From Vicugna vicugna (taxonomy: Eukaryota), in NCBI GenBank assembly GCA_013265495.1, contig MU058423.1:8479627-8543626 (forward strand): DNA of 64,000 nt, written 5' to 3'. Positions 13,070 through 26,577 of this stretch are shown here, one piece after another (the first letter of the stretch is position 1; each line of letters starts with the position of its first letter). The notes beneath the pieces were generated by a model. It did no database searches. It was not told where the DNA came from and was given only the letters and a program-made list of their open reading frames with translations. A program made the translations under genes and the position numbers.

Positions 13070-13559
13070 TGAGGTGGGAAGCCCCATAAAAAAAGATGGG
13101 CAGGCAGGGCAGGGCCACTACTGTCCTGCCAGTACCATCCGGTTCCCTGGCCCAGAGACTCTGTCTCACTTTTTGCCTCTGAAACGGCTTACTTCTAGGA
13201 AAGTGGAACTTACTCCTAGAATTCTATTGGTTCCCTGAGCTCACTTGTGATTGGTTATTTATCTCCCTCCTGATTGGTCCATTTCTACAAAGCCTGTTCC
13301 TAATTAGTCAGCTTTTGTTATACCTTATTTGCATATGATGTTGCAAAGTGTACACTGGCAGCCTATAAAAGCCTGTGTAAACCTACAGATGGGGTCCAGA
13401 GCTTGGAGTGTTAAATCCCCTGGGCCCACTGGCGAAATAAACCTGAGTTCTCCAACTCTCCGAGTGCTGCTTGGTCTCTTGCCCAGTTCCAGGTTGCTGT
13501 CATAACTGAGCCGTAACACTGAGCTGTAACACCGAGCGGTAACACGTCTTTCTGCAACA
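13070..13559 (+). mobile_element. ERV1-class solo LTR (490 bp)
   Basis: TG...CA termini with a perfect 4-bp TSD (ATAG at 13066-13069 and 13560-13563). TATAAAA at 13364 and AATAAA at 13436. Inserted in L1 sequence that continues on both sides. Confidence 0.88.
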
Positions 13560-15097
13560 ATAGGACAAATAGAAAAAAAGTAGTAAAACAATAAATTTAA
13601 ATTCAACCATACCAGTAATTGTTTAAATGTAAATTAAGTATTCTAGTTAAAAGAACTAGATTTTTTTTTAAAAAGCACAACCATCTATGTCTGCAAGAGT
13701 TAAACTTCAAGGACACAGGATGAAAGTAAAAGAGTGGGGAGAAAATAGACCATACGAACAGGAAGCATAAGAAAACAAGTGGCTACATTAACATAAGACA
13801 AAATAGACTTCAAAAGAAGGTGTATACTGGAGATAAAGAAGGACTTTTCACAGGGAAGAAAGGGACAGCTCTTCATGAAGACATTCTAAATGTGTGTGCA
13901 TTGAGTACCAGCTTGAAAATACATGAGGGGAAATGGACAGACCTAAAGGGAGGTATAGACAAGTATATAATGAACGCTGGGCATTTTAATAATCCTCTCT
14001 CAGCAAACAATGGAAGTAAATAAAACATCAGTAAAAATATTGATTTGAACAACGCTAACCATTTGGATCAAAACAGTATTGATCCCTACAGGCATTATTT
14101 TCAAGCCCAATGTGGAATATTCACCAAAGTAGACCATATGCTTGGCTCTGACCACAATGGAATTAAAAATTGCCAACAAAAAGATGCCTAGAAAAGCCCC
14201 AAATATTTGGAAATAAAACAAGGTACATTTATTTTTAACTGAATAAAAGCAAAAACAAAATGTGAAAATTTGTGGGATGCAGATAAAGCAGTGCCTAGAG
14301 AGAAATTTGTAGCTTTAGAACAGAAAAAGTTTTAAAAATCAGTGATCTGTTTTTATCTTAGAAACCTAGAAAAAGAAGAGCATATTAAACACTAAGTAAC
14401 TAGAAGGAAGGGACTACTGAATATAGGCAGAAATTGGTGAGACAGAAAATGGACAAACAGTCCAGAAAAGGAAAGCCAATAGATTGTCTAAATTTTTAAA
14501 GGCTAACAGTAGTCGAAGTCGCCAGGATATGGGGTAACTGAAACTCTAATGTTATTGGTAGGAATATAAAGTGGCACAACTACTTTGGAAAACAGTTGGC
14601 AGTTTTTATACAACTTCCCATGAACTAGCAAAACAAGTCCTAGGTATTTATTCAAAAGAAATGAAAACATACTGACAAAAAGTAGTACCTGAGTGTTTAT
14701 AACTTTTCTATGTTTATTCATTCATAGCCCCAACTGGAACCAAGCTATGTGTCCATTATAGGAGAATGGATTTAAAAATTGTAGTTTGACTTACAATGGA
14801 ATGTTACTTAGCAATAAAACAGAACGAGCTTTGACTCACACAACAACAGGAGTGAATTTCAAAAACGTGTTAAGTGAAAGAAACCAGACACAAAAGAGTA
14901 CTGTATACTTCCCTTCATATGAAGTTTCACAACAGGCAAAAACTAATCAAAAGAAGACAGTGGTAGTGAAGAGGGGCTGGGAGGGGCCAGCAAGGAGCTG
15001 GGGTGATGGAAATGTTCTGTCTTTTGATGGTGTGTTGTTTGTATGGACACAAGTTCATTCAATTATATAGATTTAGGATCTGTGCATTCTTCTGTGT

Positions 15098-15284
15098 TAA
15101 GATTACCAGATGAAATATGGTATCCATTTAAGTTGAATTTCAGATAAACAACAAAAACGTATTTTTTGAAATACAACTATGTCCCATTCAATATATGGGA
15201 AACATTTATACTACAAAAAAATTATTTTCAGTTAGAAATGTAATTGAGTTCCTGTGTTTTTATTTGCTAAATCTGGTGACTCCA
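15098..15284. mobile_element. MER53-like palindromic hAT MITE
   Basis: Matches MER53 (ttgaatttcagataaacaac...tatgtcccattcaatatatggga...tttgctaaatctgg). Nested in the L1 3' end. Confidence 0.8.
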
Positions 15285-15479
15285 TATGTAATTTAACCTC
15301 AATTTAAATGAAATTGTAAAATGAAAAATGTACCCTATTCATCAGCAGAAAAAGGATGAACAATATTGTTTCTGGTCTACTATCATGAAAGTTCAGTGTT
15401 TTGGCAGTAAAAGTAGAAACACTTAAACACTACATACATTTAGTTAATAGTTGTTAGCCCTTTAATACTATTACTTTTT

Positions 15480-18230
15480 AATGTTATTTTAAACTACCAT
15501 AGAGTGAAACCACTCTCATATTCTAGATGCACAATAGTTCTATCACCCCCCCAAAACCCTCTCATACTTTCCCTTTTTATATACACCCCTCTACCCACCT
15601 GGAAACCATTGCGCTGATCTTTCTCTACAGTTTTGTCTTTTTGAGAACGTCATATAAGTGAGTCTGGCTTTTTTCAGCAAAATGCTTTTAAGACTCATCC
15701 AAGTTACTGCATGTATCAAAACTGTATTCTTTTTTATTGCAAAGTAGTATTCTCTTGTATAGATGCATTGCAGTTTGCTTATCCATTCACTTTCTGAGAG
15801 AGATCTGCGTTGTTTCCAATTTTTTGCAATTACTTATTATAGAGTCGTTAAAATGTTCACATACAAGTTTTCATGTGAACATTAACTTTTATTTCTCTAG
15901 AGTAGATACCCAGGAGTGTGACTGCTGAATCACATCATAAATGTACGTTTAATTTTATAAAAAACTGCCAAAATGATTCCCAGAGTGACTGTATCATTTT
16001 GCATTCCAGCAGGCAGTGTAAGAATTCCCGTTACTCTGTATCTTTGTTGTGCTTCACATTGGCAGTATTTTGTACTTTAGCTATTCCGTTAGGTGTGTTG
16101 TATGTCATTGTGGTTTTAATTCGCTTTTTCCTAGTGACTAATGATGTTGAACATCTTTTCATGTGCTTATTTACCATTTTTATATCCTATTAATGAAGCA
16201 TCTGTTCATGCTTTTTGCCCACTTTTAATTAGAATTGTTTATTTTCTTCTGGGTAAGTTTTGAGTATTCTTTATATATTTTGGATACAATTTCTTTGTCA
16301 GATTTGTGATTTGCAAATATTTTCTCCCAATTTTCTCTGTAGCTTGTCCTTTTATTCCCTTAATCATGTCGTTGGCAAACCAGAAGTTTTTCATTTTGTC
16401 AGTTTTTTCTTGTATGGATCGTGTTTCTGTTACCATGTCTAAGAACCTGTCATGAAACTCAAAGACATATAGATTTTATCCTATGTTTTCTTCTAAATGT
16501 TTTTAGTTTTACAGCTTACATTTAGATCTACAAAATATTTTGAGTTAATTTTTGTATGAAATGTGAGTTTTCAGTGAAGGGGTTTTTTTGTTTGTTTTTT
16601 GCATATTCCTATTCAACTGCTCCAAAACCATTTGTTTCGAAAGACTGCATTGAATTGTTTCTGCACCATAGTAAAAAATTAGTTGGCCACATTTTTGTGG
16701 ATCTATTTCTGAACTCTTCTTGCTGTTCAGTCAATGTCTGTCTCTTTCCCTTCTATAACACCACATTGTCTTGATTACTTTAGCTTTATGGTAAATCCTA
16801 AAAACAGATAGTGTAATTCCTCTAATTTTATTCTCCTTTCCAAATTGTTGTATTTATTTTAGTTCCTTTGCCTCTCCACATAAATGTTAGAATGAATTTG
16901 TTGATATCTATATAAAGCTTGCAAATTTGATTGTAATTATTTGATTATGATGATGTGTCTACGTGTGGATACTTTAAGGTTTATCCTTTTTGGAGTTTAC
17001 TCAGCTTCTTGAATCTGTAGGTTTATGTCACCAAATTCAGGAAGTTACCAGCCATTATTTCTTTAAATATTTTTTCATCACTGTGTGCGTCATCACTGTA
17101 TGCAGACTCCTCAGTTTCTGGGCCTCTGATAACAAACTGCTGAGACATTGCTTATTGTCCCTCAGGTCTCCGAGTGCTGTTCATTCCTTTCAATCTTTTT
17201 TCTCTGCTATTTAGTGTGCATAATTTTTATTGATATGTATTTAAGTTTATTGACTCTTTCCTCTGTCTTCTCCAATCTGCTGTTGAGTTCATTTTGTATG
17301 TTTTTATTTTGGTTACTGTTTTAAAATTTCCATTTGGTTCTTTTCTAATATCTTCAGTTTTCTGCTTTAACATTTGTTGCAAGATTATCTGGGATTGCTC
17401 GTTCGAGCTTTTTGTAGTAGCTGCTCTAAGTGCTTTGTCAGGTGGTTCCAATGTTGATGTCATCTCAGCCGTGGTATCTGTTGATTGTTTTCCATTTGGA
17501 AGTTGAAATTTTTGTGACACTTTGCCTGGTGATTTTGGATTGTAGCTTGGACATTTTGAATATTGTGAAATTCTGGGTCTTATTTCGATCCTGTGATGAA
17601 TGGCAGTCTTTTTGTTCTGACAGGTGACAAACCTGGTTAGAGGCAGGATGCAGTTACCAGTCCGCCTTCTGTAGGCTATGGTTCCAACGTCAGTTCAGTG
17701 TTCAGTGATGCAGTTCTCTTTGGTTCTGTGTCAGGTTTATGTGGCCCAGTCTGGGACCTAGGCAATCCTGGACCTAGTCAGTTGGATAGTTGTTCTGAAG
17801 ATCTTTCAGTCTGCTGAGTAGGATCAGATCCAGGCATTAGTGATTTGAGAGTGAACCTTGAGGTTTATAATCAGCTTTATGGGCTTCGTTTCCTGAGCTC
17901 CTCCGTCTCCGTGAACTGACTGCTTCCTGGTTCCCTGGGCTCCCTTTTTTGGTCCTCTGGCTGGAAACTTGGAGATCTGTTTACTCTATTCTGTTGCTCT
18001 ATGTCTCATACCTTCACGATTGGGCCTACATCCTGACCCATGTGGACAGGGGGACAGGAAAAAAGCAACAGGGGTTTGCACTAATGTTTTGTAATCATAA
18101 CTATCACACAGAGGAAAATTCTCCTCTCTCAGCTGTCGTTCTCGTGGGTTTCCATAGTTGCTGGCCACCACGACAGGGCTGTCTGGGGAAGTCTTTGGAA
18201 GCCAATGGGAAGTCTCTGCTTCAACTAATA
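15480..18230 (-). mobile_element. Decayed L1 on minus strand (3' UTR/ORF2 then ORF1/5' remnants)
   Basis: T-rich L1 antisense motifs (ctaatgatgttgaacatcttttcatgtgcttatt; ctttcctctgtcttctccaatctgctgttgag). Confidence 0.85.
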
Positions 18231-20590
18231 TAACTGCAAATGTAGTAACTTCGCCTTGTTTTGAAGCCCTGAAGAAATCAACATGACCTGTGTACAGATT
18301 ATTGCTCAAGAGGAAGTAGTATGATGCGCATACGGGACAGATAACCCCTGTAAAGTTGAACAATGATCTGATCTGACTTAGTGCCTAGGGTGGAAAAACA
18401 GTGGTGTCTGATCAGACAGACCTCATTTTATTTATAATTTTAGAAGTGTTTACAATCTTTCAAGTGTCTAGGCCAAATGGCAGGGTTGTAATTGCTGTGA
18501 AACGGTACCTACGCTTAGATGTGAATCTTAATTTTTTATGTACCGTGTCTCCCTTTTAAAATACTGTTATGCACCTGCAGTCAGGAAATACTTTGGGGAA
18601 TCCTTTTGTTTTCATGTAATTTTATTTTTAATCCATTGGCTTTAGTACTGGCTGCCTTGCAAAGAATACAGTTGACTTTAACGATCCATACAGAACCATT
18701 TTTCAAAGAGGGGCTAAATTTCATATTAAAACATAATTCATTCATTGTTTTCCAACACATTTTGATTGCTTAAACCGTGCCAGACTTGATGCCTTTGAGT
18801 TTTGTCACACTGTTATCATTATTACTCATCTGAGTTATAGATATTTATTAGATAAAGTTGAATTGTTCGTTTGCACGTTGGTAGCATGTGCTAAGACTGA
18901 ACTTCATGTTAGATTGTTTTTAAAGTCTGGAAGTGGGGCTGGATGAGCTGACAGATTGAATGAGGTAGAATCCTATCCTGGCATGTTTTTGTTTTTGTTT
19001 TCCCTCGTACAGAATGAAAAACACTAAATTGCTGTCATTCTGTCTACATCTGTTGGACCTGCTTGCTCCTCCCTGTCTTTGCTGCTTCTCTGGTCTAGAG
19101 TAATGGAAAGTATTGTGGGTAATGAGATTGGATAATGGGGTGGGGGGGGGAAGCAGCATTATGAGATTCTAAAGTCATTCAGAGGAAGCTGTATTTAATG
19201 AGCATTTAGAGAGCCACTCAAGATTCTTGAGCTGAAGAAGTAGAAGTGGAACCGGGGAAGCTTGCTTTGTTACTATAACACAGGATGGCTTCTGGCGGGA
19301 AGGAAGCAAAATGTCTAAAGAAAGGTTGGGTCGTGAACTATGGTAAATAACTTGCCTAAACCTGTGTGTAAACAGAAGAGGCTGATCTAAGGGGAGGTTG
19401 ATAGGCCACTGGAGGCTTTGAGTGGGCCAGGGGCTAATTCCAGAGAACACAGGAAAGGCGGGGTCCCTGGCAGGTGCTCTGGCTCTAGCAGGTCAAAGTC
19501 CACTATGCAGAAGGGCCAGCCGAAGGTAATCAGGAAACCAAGATAGGGGAAATGTTTTAAAAAGGCCTGGACAAGAGTCTGATTCAGCAGAAATTCCCTG
19601 TACTTCCTGCTTGAGGCCAGAATTGTTTGTGTGGTGTGTTGGGGGTGTGTGTGCCGGAATGGAGGTGGCCAGTTCCTCAGAGTGACTCTGCATACAGTTA
19701 CCAGTGGAGTCCCGGAGTAGGGAGTGGGAACGGTGAATTTCAAAGATTTCCAAGGAATGAGGAGGACTTTGCAATAGGGGATTCGGGAAATGGGAAGTAA
19801 AGGCAATGTTTAGATTTCTAAGAATACTGTAAGGAATTCTGACAGAAATTGGCAGTTGAAAAGAGACTTGAGTGGGAATGATAAACGTATTTTTCCTCTT
19901 TGTTGAATTTGAGATGCTGGTAGTTCTGCCGTGGTTGTGACAGGAAGTCATCCACCCACAGCCTTTGATTAAACCTACAAATGAGGGAGGAGTGAAGCTG
20001 TATTACTGGGAGCTACAGAAACGGTTAGGAAGGGCTTGGAAGCAGCACATGTAGACCGCCTGTAAGATATCTGACAACAGACACACTGAGGACAAAGCCC
20101 CTATTATGGGGCAGAGAATGATAGTAAAGAAGAGGCTGCTTTGATTGGCATTATATTTGGTGGGAAGAGTGGGATCTGGGGTCTTGTGGAGAAGTTGTTT
20201 TAAAAAAGAATTTCTTCTGATTAGAAGAAAAAAATTGGAAGGATAACGGAGGCTCATGTCAGATGCTTTTGGTCTTCATTTCTTAAAGCTGGGATCATAG
20301 AGCATGAACTGAGAGAACAGTTTGGGGTTCATGAAAATATCTGGAAATAAATACTTTGTGAGACTTGTTTCTGAGGTAAAATAATGAATAAGAGGATCCA
20401 CAGTGAGGATTTTCACATTAAGACATTTCCAGTCTCCTACCCTCTCCTCTCTCCTGATGAGCTCTGCTGGTTCCTGGCCCTGAGAATCATCCTTCTTTCC
20501 TTAGTCCTCTAGACTCTATTCTAGAAAGTATTAAGTTCACAGTGTTCTTTTCAGTTCATCAAACTAGTAGACACAATTCAGGTAAAGACT

Positions 20591-20639
20591 TTTATTTAAA
20601 CAGAAATTTTATTGGAAGAATTTTGATACATTGTTTATT
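20591..20639 (-). terminator. Distal SLC30A7 polyadenylation signal cluster (3x AATAAA)
   Basis: TTTATT on + at 20591, 20608 and 20634. Several UGUA motifs lie just upstream on the minus strand. Confidence 0.65.
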
Positions 20640-22519
20640 ATTATTTTTAAATACATCTGAGGTTAAACAAAATATATACATGAATGTCTTCAAGTAGAAA
20701 AAAGTGAAATATACATTATGGATTTGTTGTGTTATTCTTAGGCAAATCATAATTGCTGACTTTAGCATATTCAAACCAAATCATAAGTTTTTGACATTTG
20801 ATGTGCCAACCTAGCCTTGTAGTCACACATTTGTTTAGAAATGTTTTGATGCCATAATCTTCACCAAAGGATCAAACCCAAATTCAAACTTGGCCATATT
20901 TTCAGAAACCATTAAAGACAGGAAGGTAAAGTGTTATAGGGGTGTTCAGAATAAACCAAGAAGGGATTTGGCAATTTTTCATTCACAGTATTTCTGATTT
21001 TATTAAAAGACCCATTCTGTTTATTGATCAAACTCACAAACGTTCAGGCAAAATATCCCTTGAGCAGAAATATCACTGAATTTGCTGTTATTAGAGGAAG
21101 CAATGAGAGTACTTGGCTAACTCTTGACAAGATACGTCTGCTTCAAAGTAGAATCTTCATTGAACTTAAAATTGATGTGTGACATATGATACATAAAATT
21201 CAAAGACTGAAATTCAAATAAAGCTTTTTCCCCCCACTGGTGAAAAGGGGAAGTTTTACATTGGCAGCAGCAATGAACAGAGATGCAAAATCAGAATATA
21301 GAGAAGCTCTGCTAAAAGTTAATATTTAGAGGGGAAAGAGAGAAGATTAAAACTATCTTAGGAATATTTAAATCACTTAATGTTGTATTGTTTTTATAGA
21401 AGTACCTTCAAAATACACCTTTGAAAGAGTTTGGGATAAATGAAACAGAAAGCATGTTATACACAGATCCTTAAATGGCGATTTTTCATAAAAACAAAGG
21501 AGAATGTGGTTTCTCATTTGGCTACACAAAATATAAAAATTCAAGTGACCCAGGTTCCACACTCCCAGTTCTACCAATTTCCTGTCCAACAACATGCAAA
21601 ATGGAAAACGTCTCTTTCTCTATACTCCCACTGTTCCTGTATTAAAATGAAGGAGCAGCTCAGAGGGCTACTTGAAAATACAATGGCCAAAGTGACTATA
21701 AAAAGTCACATTTGTGCAAAGATGCCAGAGAAAAGCTGAGATGTCTTCTGTAATAAACAGCAAATTATGGTTTTAACTGTCCCCATCCCTTACTTTTGTA
21801 TCCACTACTGTCTACAGTGTTTACTGAGCATGTAGGTGTAGATTCATGCTAAGTTTGGTGGTAATAGGAATTATGAGACAAACACATTCTTTTTTACAGA
21901 CTTTCCATCATGATCAGAATTTCAAATACTACATTTTCAAAGCCATGGGAAGAGTTCAAAGTTAAATGTTATTATTAAATGCACAGATTACTACTGATTA
22001 TGAAACAGAGTTCTTTTTGAAAAGGCGTCTGTAAAGGAGTCGATAAAATGTAATGCTGTGAATCAAATCCTATGTATTCCTCTCATGCAGCGCAAAGTTA
22101 TCCACACTTCTTGGAAGACAGTTCCCCCAGAACTAAGTTAATGTCTGTTGGCCAGGAATTCGAATTCTCTTTACTCACACTGGCACCCATGCTGAGTCAA
22201 GTACCTTTCAGGCAGTTTACTCTGAGTGTCGAGAAAACTTTTTACTATTTTGTTTTTAAAGGGTCTTAAAACTGCTTAAGGGAGCTCTGATTGCTCTTCT
22301 CAGCCTGCACAGCTGAAGTACAGTGGCAAAGGTAATAAGCATAGAAGAGCATCCAAAGAAGGAATGAATCTAAACAATGTATTCATAACTGCTCCTCTAG
22401 ATCAATTTTGTCACGGTGATTGTTCACTGATTTTATAGGAGAGTGTGTTTACATCTGCCACACCTTCTTGGACCTTTAAATCATTGTAGGGTGACGTACA
22501 AAACCAGAGCGTCATCAGA

Positions 22520-22690
22520 AAAAGCACTGGATTGAGAGGCCGCTCCACCACCGGCCGGCCCCCAGGCAGGTCTCTTACCCTCTCTTGAAATAGCTTCCTC
22601 TTCTGTAAAATGGGGTTAAGAATTCCTTCCTCACAGGAGTGTTGGGAGAATCAGAAGAGAAAACATACCAATCATAAAATCATGCAAAAC
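22520..22690 (+). mobile_element. MIR fragment within SLC30A7 3' UTR
   Basis: cttcctcttctgtaaaatggggttaagaattccttcctcacaggagtgttg core. Confidence 0.65.
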
Positions 22691-23734
22691 TTTGTCTTTA
22701 TAGACATGTGAGGATTTTAAACGTGGTAACATGAAAAAGGCCATACAAAGAGCGTGACGCATACTTACTGGTAGCTAAGCCCCACCCTTTCTTTCTGTAA
22801 ACTTTGTAGTTAGGAAATGATTAAACATAAACCAAAGACACCCTCATCAGAGACTCACATCAATTTGACCTTGAAATAGAGCTATACTTCTTTGCAAACA
22901 CATTTTGACGTATAATCCTGCACTGTGATTTAAGTCGGACTTGACTCTGTGGTAGAGGTCTGGACCCCTAAGGCTTGTGGGCAATCACGTCTTGCAACAA
23001 TCTGCCTCCGTTAATAAAAGTTTTAATGACTGTTCTTTCAAAGAATAACGTAATTTCCTTTTTACCAAAGTTCTCTGAACTGGAAAATGATTTGTTTTGA
23101 AGATGGTGATAGAAAAAGTTTAACTTTCTCAAGGTAACACTTCTATGAAGAGTTAAAAGTTGCAGTTTAGCCTTTGGGATTCTGGTAAAACTTCAAAAAG
23201 TTTACCCTATTAAAATTTTTATTTTGTTCTAGACAACATCTGATGCCCAATTTTACACGCCTCTGAGAATGTCAACAGTTCAGAAGCTCTCCAGTGACTG
23301 AAAACTTAACGTACCAGGAATGAAATGATATGACCTGTGCACTAGTGTGGTTTCTAAAAAGTACCAATTCACAGAATATAAACAAGACAAAGAAACTAAG
23401 CAATCCTTAAACTGGATTTAGCCTCGGGCAATTAACAGAAAAATTCACTCACAAGTTCAAAGTATCCAATGCACAAATGTCATTTTTTTTAAAAAATCAG
23501 GAACTGGTTTCACAGGAGTAAAAAAGTAAAAAAGAGTAAAAAAATTAATTATAGCTTTCATAAAGAATACTATGGAAATAATATTTGAAACCTTATAACT
23601 AGCTATGAAAAATAAGACAATAAAACTCCATTTATAAAGTGCCTTAATGTACCAAAAACAGAGATCAAACGTCCTTTACTTAAAGATGCTTCTTCATCAC
23701 GTTTACAGAAAGGCAGATTTTACTCTGGAGACGC

Positions 23735-23900
23735 AGCACAGTGGAGTAGAAAGAACTCTCGCCTTGGAGTCAGAAGACCTGCATTCTGGCCTTGGCTTTG
23801 CCCCTAATTATCTCTGTGACCTTGAGGAAATGAGAGCATTTCTGGGCTTCAATTTTTCTCCTCTGTAAAATGAGAGGTAGGACACGACTGCTTCTAAGAT
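23735..23900 (+). mobile_element. MIR fragment within SLC30A7 3' UTR
   Basis: ttggagtcagaagacctg...tgtgaccttgagg...ctctgtaaaatgag core. Confidence 0.75.
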
Positions 23901-26526
23901 CGGTCTCCTTGGATGTTAAAGCAGTGAATTATTTTTGTTCTTAAAATCTTATGTTGCTACCATATTCATAATAGCTACAAAACTGATTATTCCATAGTCG
24001 GCAAAAACATTGGTGAACTCTGGCCAACTGCATCTGGAGTCAGTGATTTGGCTGCTTTACAAACGTGCACAGAAGTCACAGCAGTTTGGCTACTGGTGTA
24101 GATGAGGAGGCTTTGAAGAATGCCGAAACCCTCCAGATACACGGGAAATCACAGTGCTAGCATCTGGCAGCACTTCCTCATGCCTCTGCAGAGGACGGCG
24201 TGGGCTGACAGCGTGAGGGACACTGAGCTGCAGACACACTGGGCGCTTCCTTCACAAAGTGCATAGGGAGTCACAGAGGGCAAGCCCTTTGTCCTCATCA
24301 ATACAATCTACATTTAAAAACACAAAACTGGTATAGGTATATTTCTGTTTGGGAAAGTTTATTTGGCTAGGTAAACTTTCCCGGAGCAATACAAATTTGT
24401 TCTCCAGAGAACATTTTGTTTTTTAAAATATTAGCAAAGTTATACTCAGAGGCTTTTTTCCTCCAAGAGTTAGCCTAACAACAGAGACAGCTAAATTTAT
24501 TTTGTAAGAATAATCAAGTAGTATTTCTCAGTGAAATTATCTACCTTAGCAATTCATCTGTGCCGAGAACACTGATAACACAAGTATCTTCCTAAGAGTG
24601 AGAAAAAAGTTGCTTTTTCTCACACTCATTTTTTTCCCTGCTTAAACATACAGGTTTAAGAACATTTAATTAAAGCATAAATGTTAAGGCCAACCAGACG
24701 TGAGCCATCCATCTCTGGTAACAGGTGCAAAATTAGAGTTTCATATCGGTCAAATATTCTATATATACTCTAACCCTTTATCAAAGAAAACAACCAGCCT
24801 CATGCACTTGTGTATTGAAGAGTGTGGCTAATAAAGTGATGCATATTTTGACAAAAAACTTCACTTGGAATGGAGGGCTCAGTAAAGGCAGAACTGGATC
24901 TTTAAAACGCACTGGTAAATTTTACAGGCCAGTGCAAGCATGATCTCCGTGTGTGAAATATCAGCACAATCCCAGATAATTAGTTTTTAAAGGCACACAT
25001 CCCAAGTCCCTGCCCTCATCTAGAGCTGTCATTTCCCACAATATGCCAAAACCTACAGAACAGCCCAGGCTTCTATCAGGTGTGGTATGGATGCAGACTT
25101 CCAAGTGACTACTGAACACTTACAATGAGAAAGCAGTACCATTATCAGGACATTCCCTTTATGGGCCCCTCCTAAAACATCTTAACAATTGTTTCAGCTA
25201 AACACATTCTAGTGCAGGAATTCTTAGCTTTAGAACTGCCTGCAGTAAGTAAAAATGTTTTGAAAATACTACTTAATCTGCAAAAAGGAGACTACCAACA
25301 GCTCATGGCAATCTGCAGCAGTTTAGAAAAGCATGAAGAAAGTAGCCTTAGTGTTCCTAACACGGTATAGTTCAGAAATAGGGGAAAAGATACTCCAAAA
25401 CGTAGACAAAATCAGCAGTGATTTCTGTCACATCAGTGAAAAAGTGCTTATTACTGATCTACATTCTAAATATTCATTTCCATCCTGCAGGGTTTTCCCC
25501 CCAACAATTTCAATTTTTCCCTTTCAGTTAAAAGGGAATATACATTGTGACAAAATGAAGTACAATGGGAAAATGTCTAGCTAGATCAATATTTCTTTAC
25601 AAAACAGAGAATATTTAAGCAGAGTTCGTTCAAGCACTTATCTCAAATTGCAATTTTATTTTTCAAATACACAAGAACCTAGGAATCAACTTATTTATTA
25701 ACTTCTAAGATACCTGTGTTAGGAAGAGTTCGATCTTACCACATTTACTCTGTACCTTCAATACTTCAAACTCAATAAAACGTGGCTTTAGGATCCTGAA
25801 AGCAACTGTATTTGGGAAGCGCTTGCAAAGGAAAACAAATTATATGATTTGGCATTTGAGGATGAAAAAAACAAAACAACATCGTCACCACCATTGCTGC
25901 CTTCACTCTACATGCCTTTTTCTTTCATTAATAGGATCTATCAAAACAGCAAGGACAGATACAGGAAAGTTTACCATAGACACAGCAGCTTTTATAGAAA
26001 TTTAGAATTTAGAAGATGTTTTAAGTAAGTCAAAAACACCCATCTTTTGCTAAGTTTTGAAAAGACAGTCCACAAAATAATTTAATGTAATAACTGAATT
26101 TGATTTAAAAACCAAAGTAACACCTTTTATTTTTTGATGGGAAAAAGCAATTAAAGGAAAAATTTTATATATCTAAACCTATGCTAGAAGTACACAAAAA
26201 AGACATCTGTATACATTACTAGTAAGAGTCTTATTTTGTACAGATTACAGAATATCCATAAAAAAAACATATACATGACCTTTGATGGTACATTTCTATG
26301 CTGGCAAATACATTTTCTGATACAAAGGCACTTTGAAAACCCAATATGGTTTGGTTCATAAGTTTGCAAGGTACAAACAATTTTACAAACGTATGATTAT
26401 ACTGAAGAACGTCAACAACTGTGACATTACATATAAAACAGTATTCCGTTTCCTTTTTTTTTTTTTAAATAACACTGGTTTTGTGGGAATGAAAGCAGTG
26501 GTTTCCAGAAGCTGCAGTGAAGACAA

Positions 26527-26577
26527 NNNNNNNNNNNNNNNNNNNNNNNNNNNNNNNNNNNNNNNNNNNNNNNNNNN
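26527..26577. other. Assembly gap (51 N)
   Basis: Run of N seen directly, inside the SLC30A7 3' UTR. Confidence 1.

Larger units (their letters stand above)
11560..15310 (+). mobile_element. Decayed L1 (L1MC/L1MD-age) with ORF1, ORF2 and 3' UTR remnants
   Basis: A-rich ORF1 remnants (ctggaattagcagacaagga, attggattcccagaag), ORF2 endonuclease remnants (gacaaaatagacttcaa, tttgtgggatgcagataaagcagtg) and 3' UTR (ggggtgatggaaatgttctg). Interrupted by an LTR and MER53. Confidence 0.85.

Noticed and set aside
11560..18230. Oppositely oriented L1s forming a long dsRNA or inverted repeat between the two genes
   Set aside because: Both are heavily decayed with little visible mutual identity, so stable pairing is unlikely.
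19175..20257. Cluster of 84-152 aa minus-strand ORFs as a hidden gene
   Set aside because: There are no recognisable domains and most starts are non-ATG. The region looks like decayed L2-type sequence.
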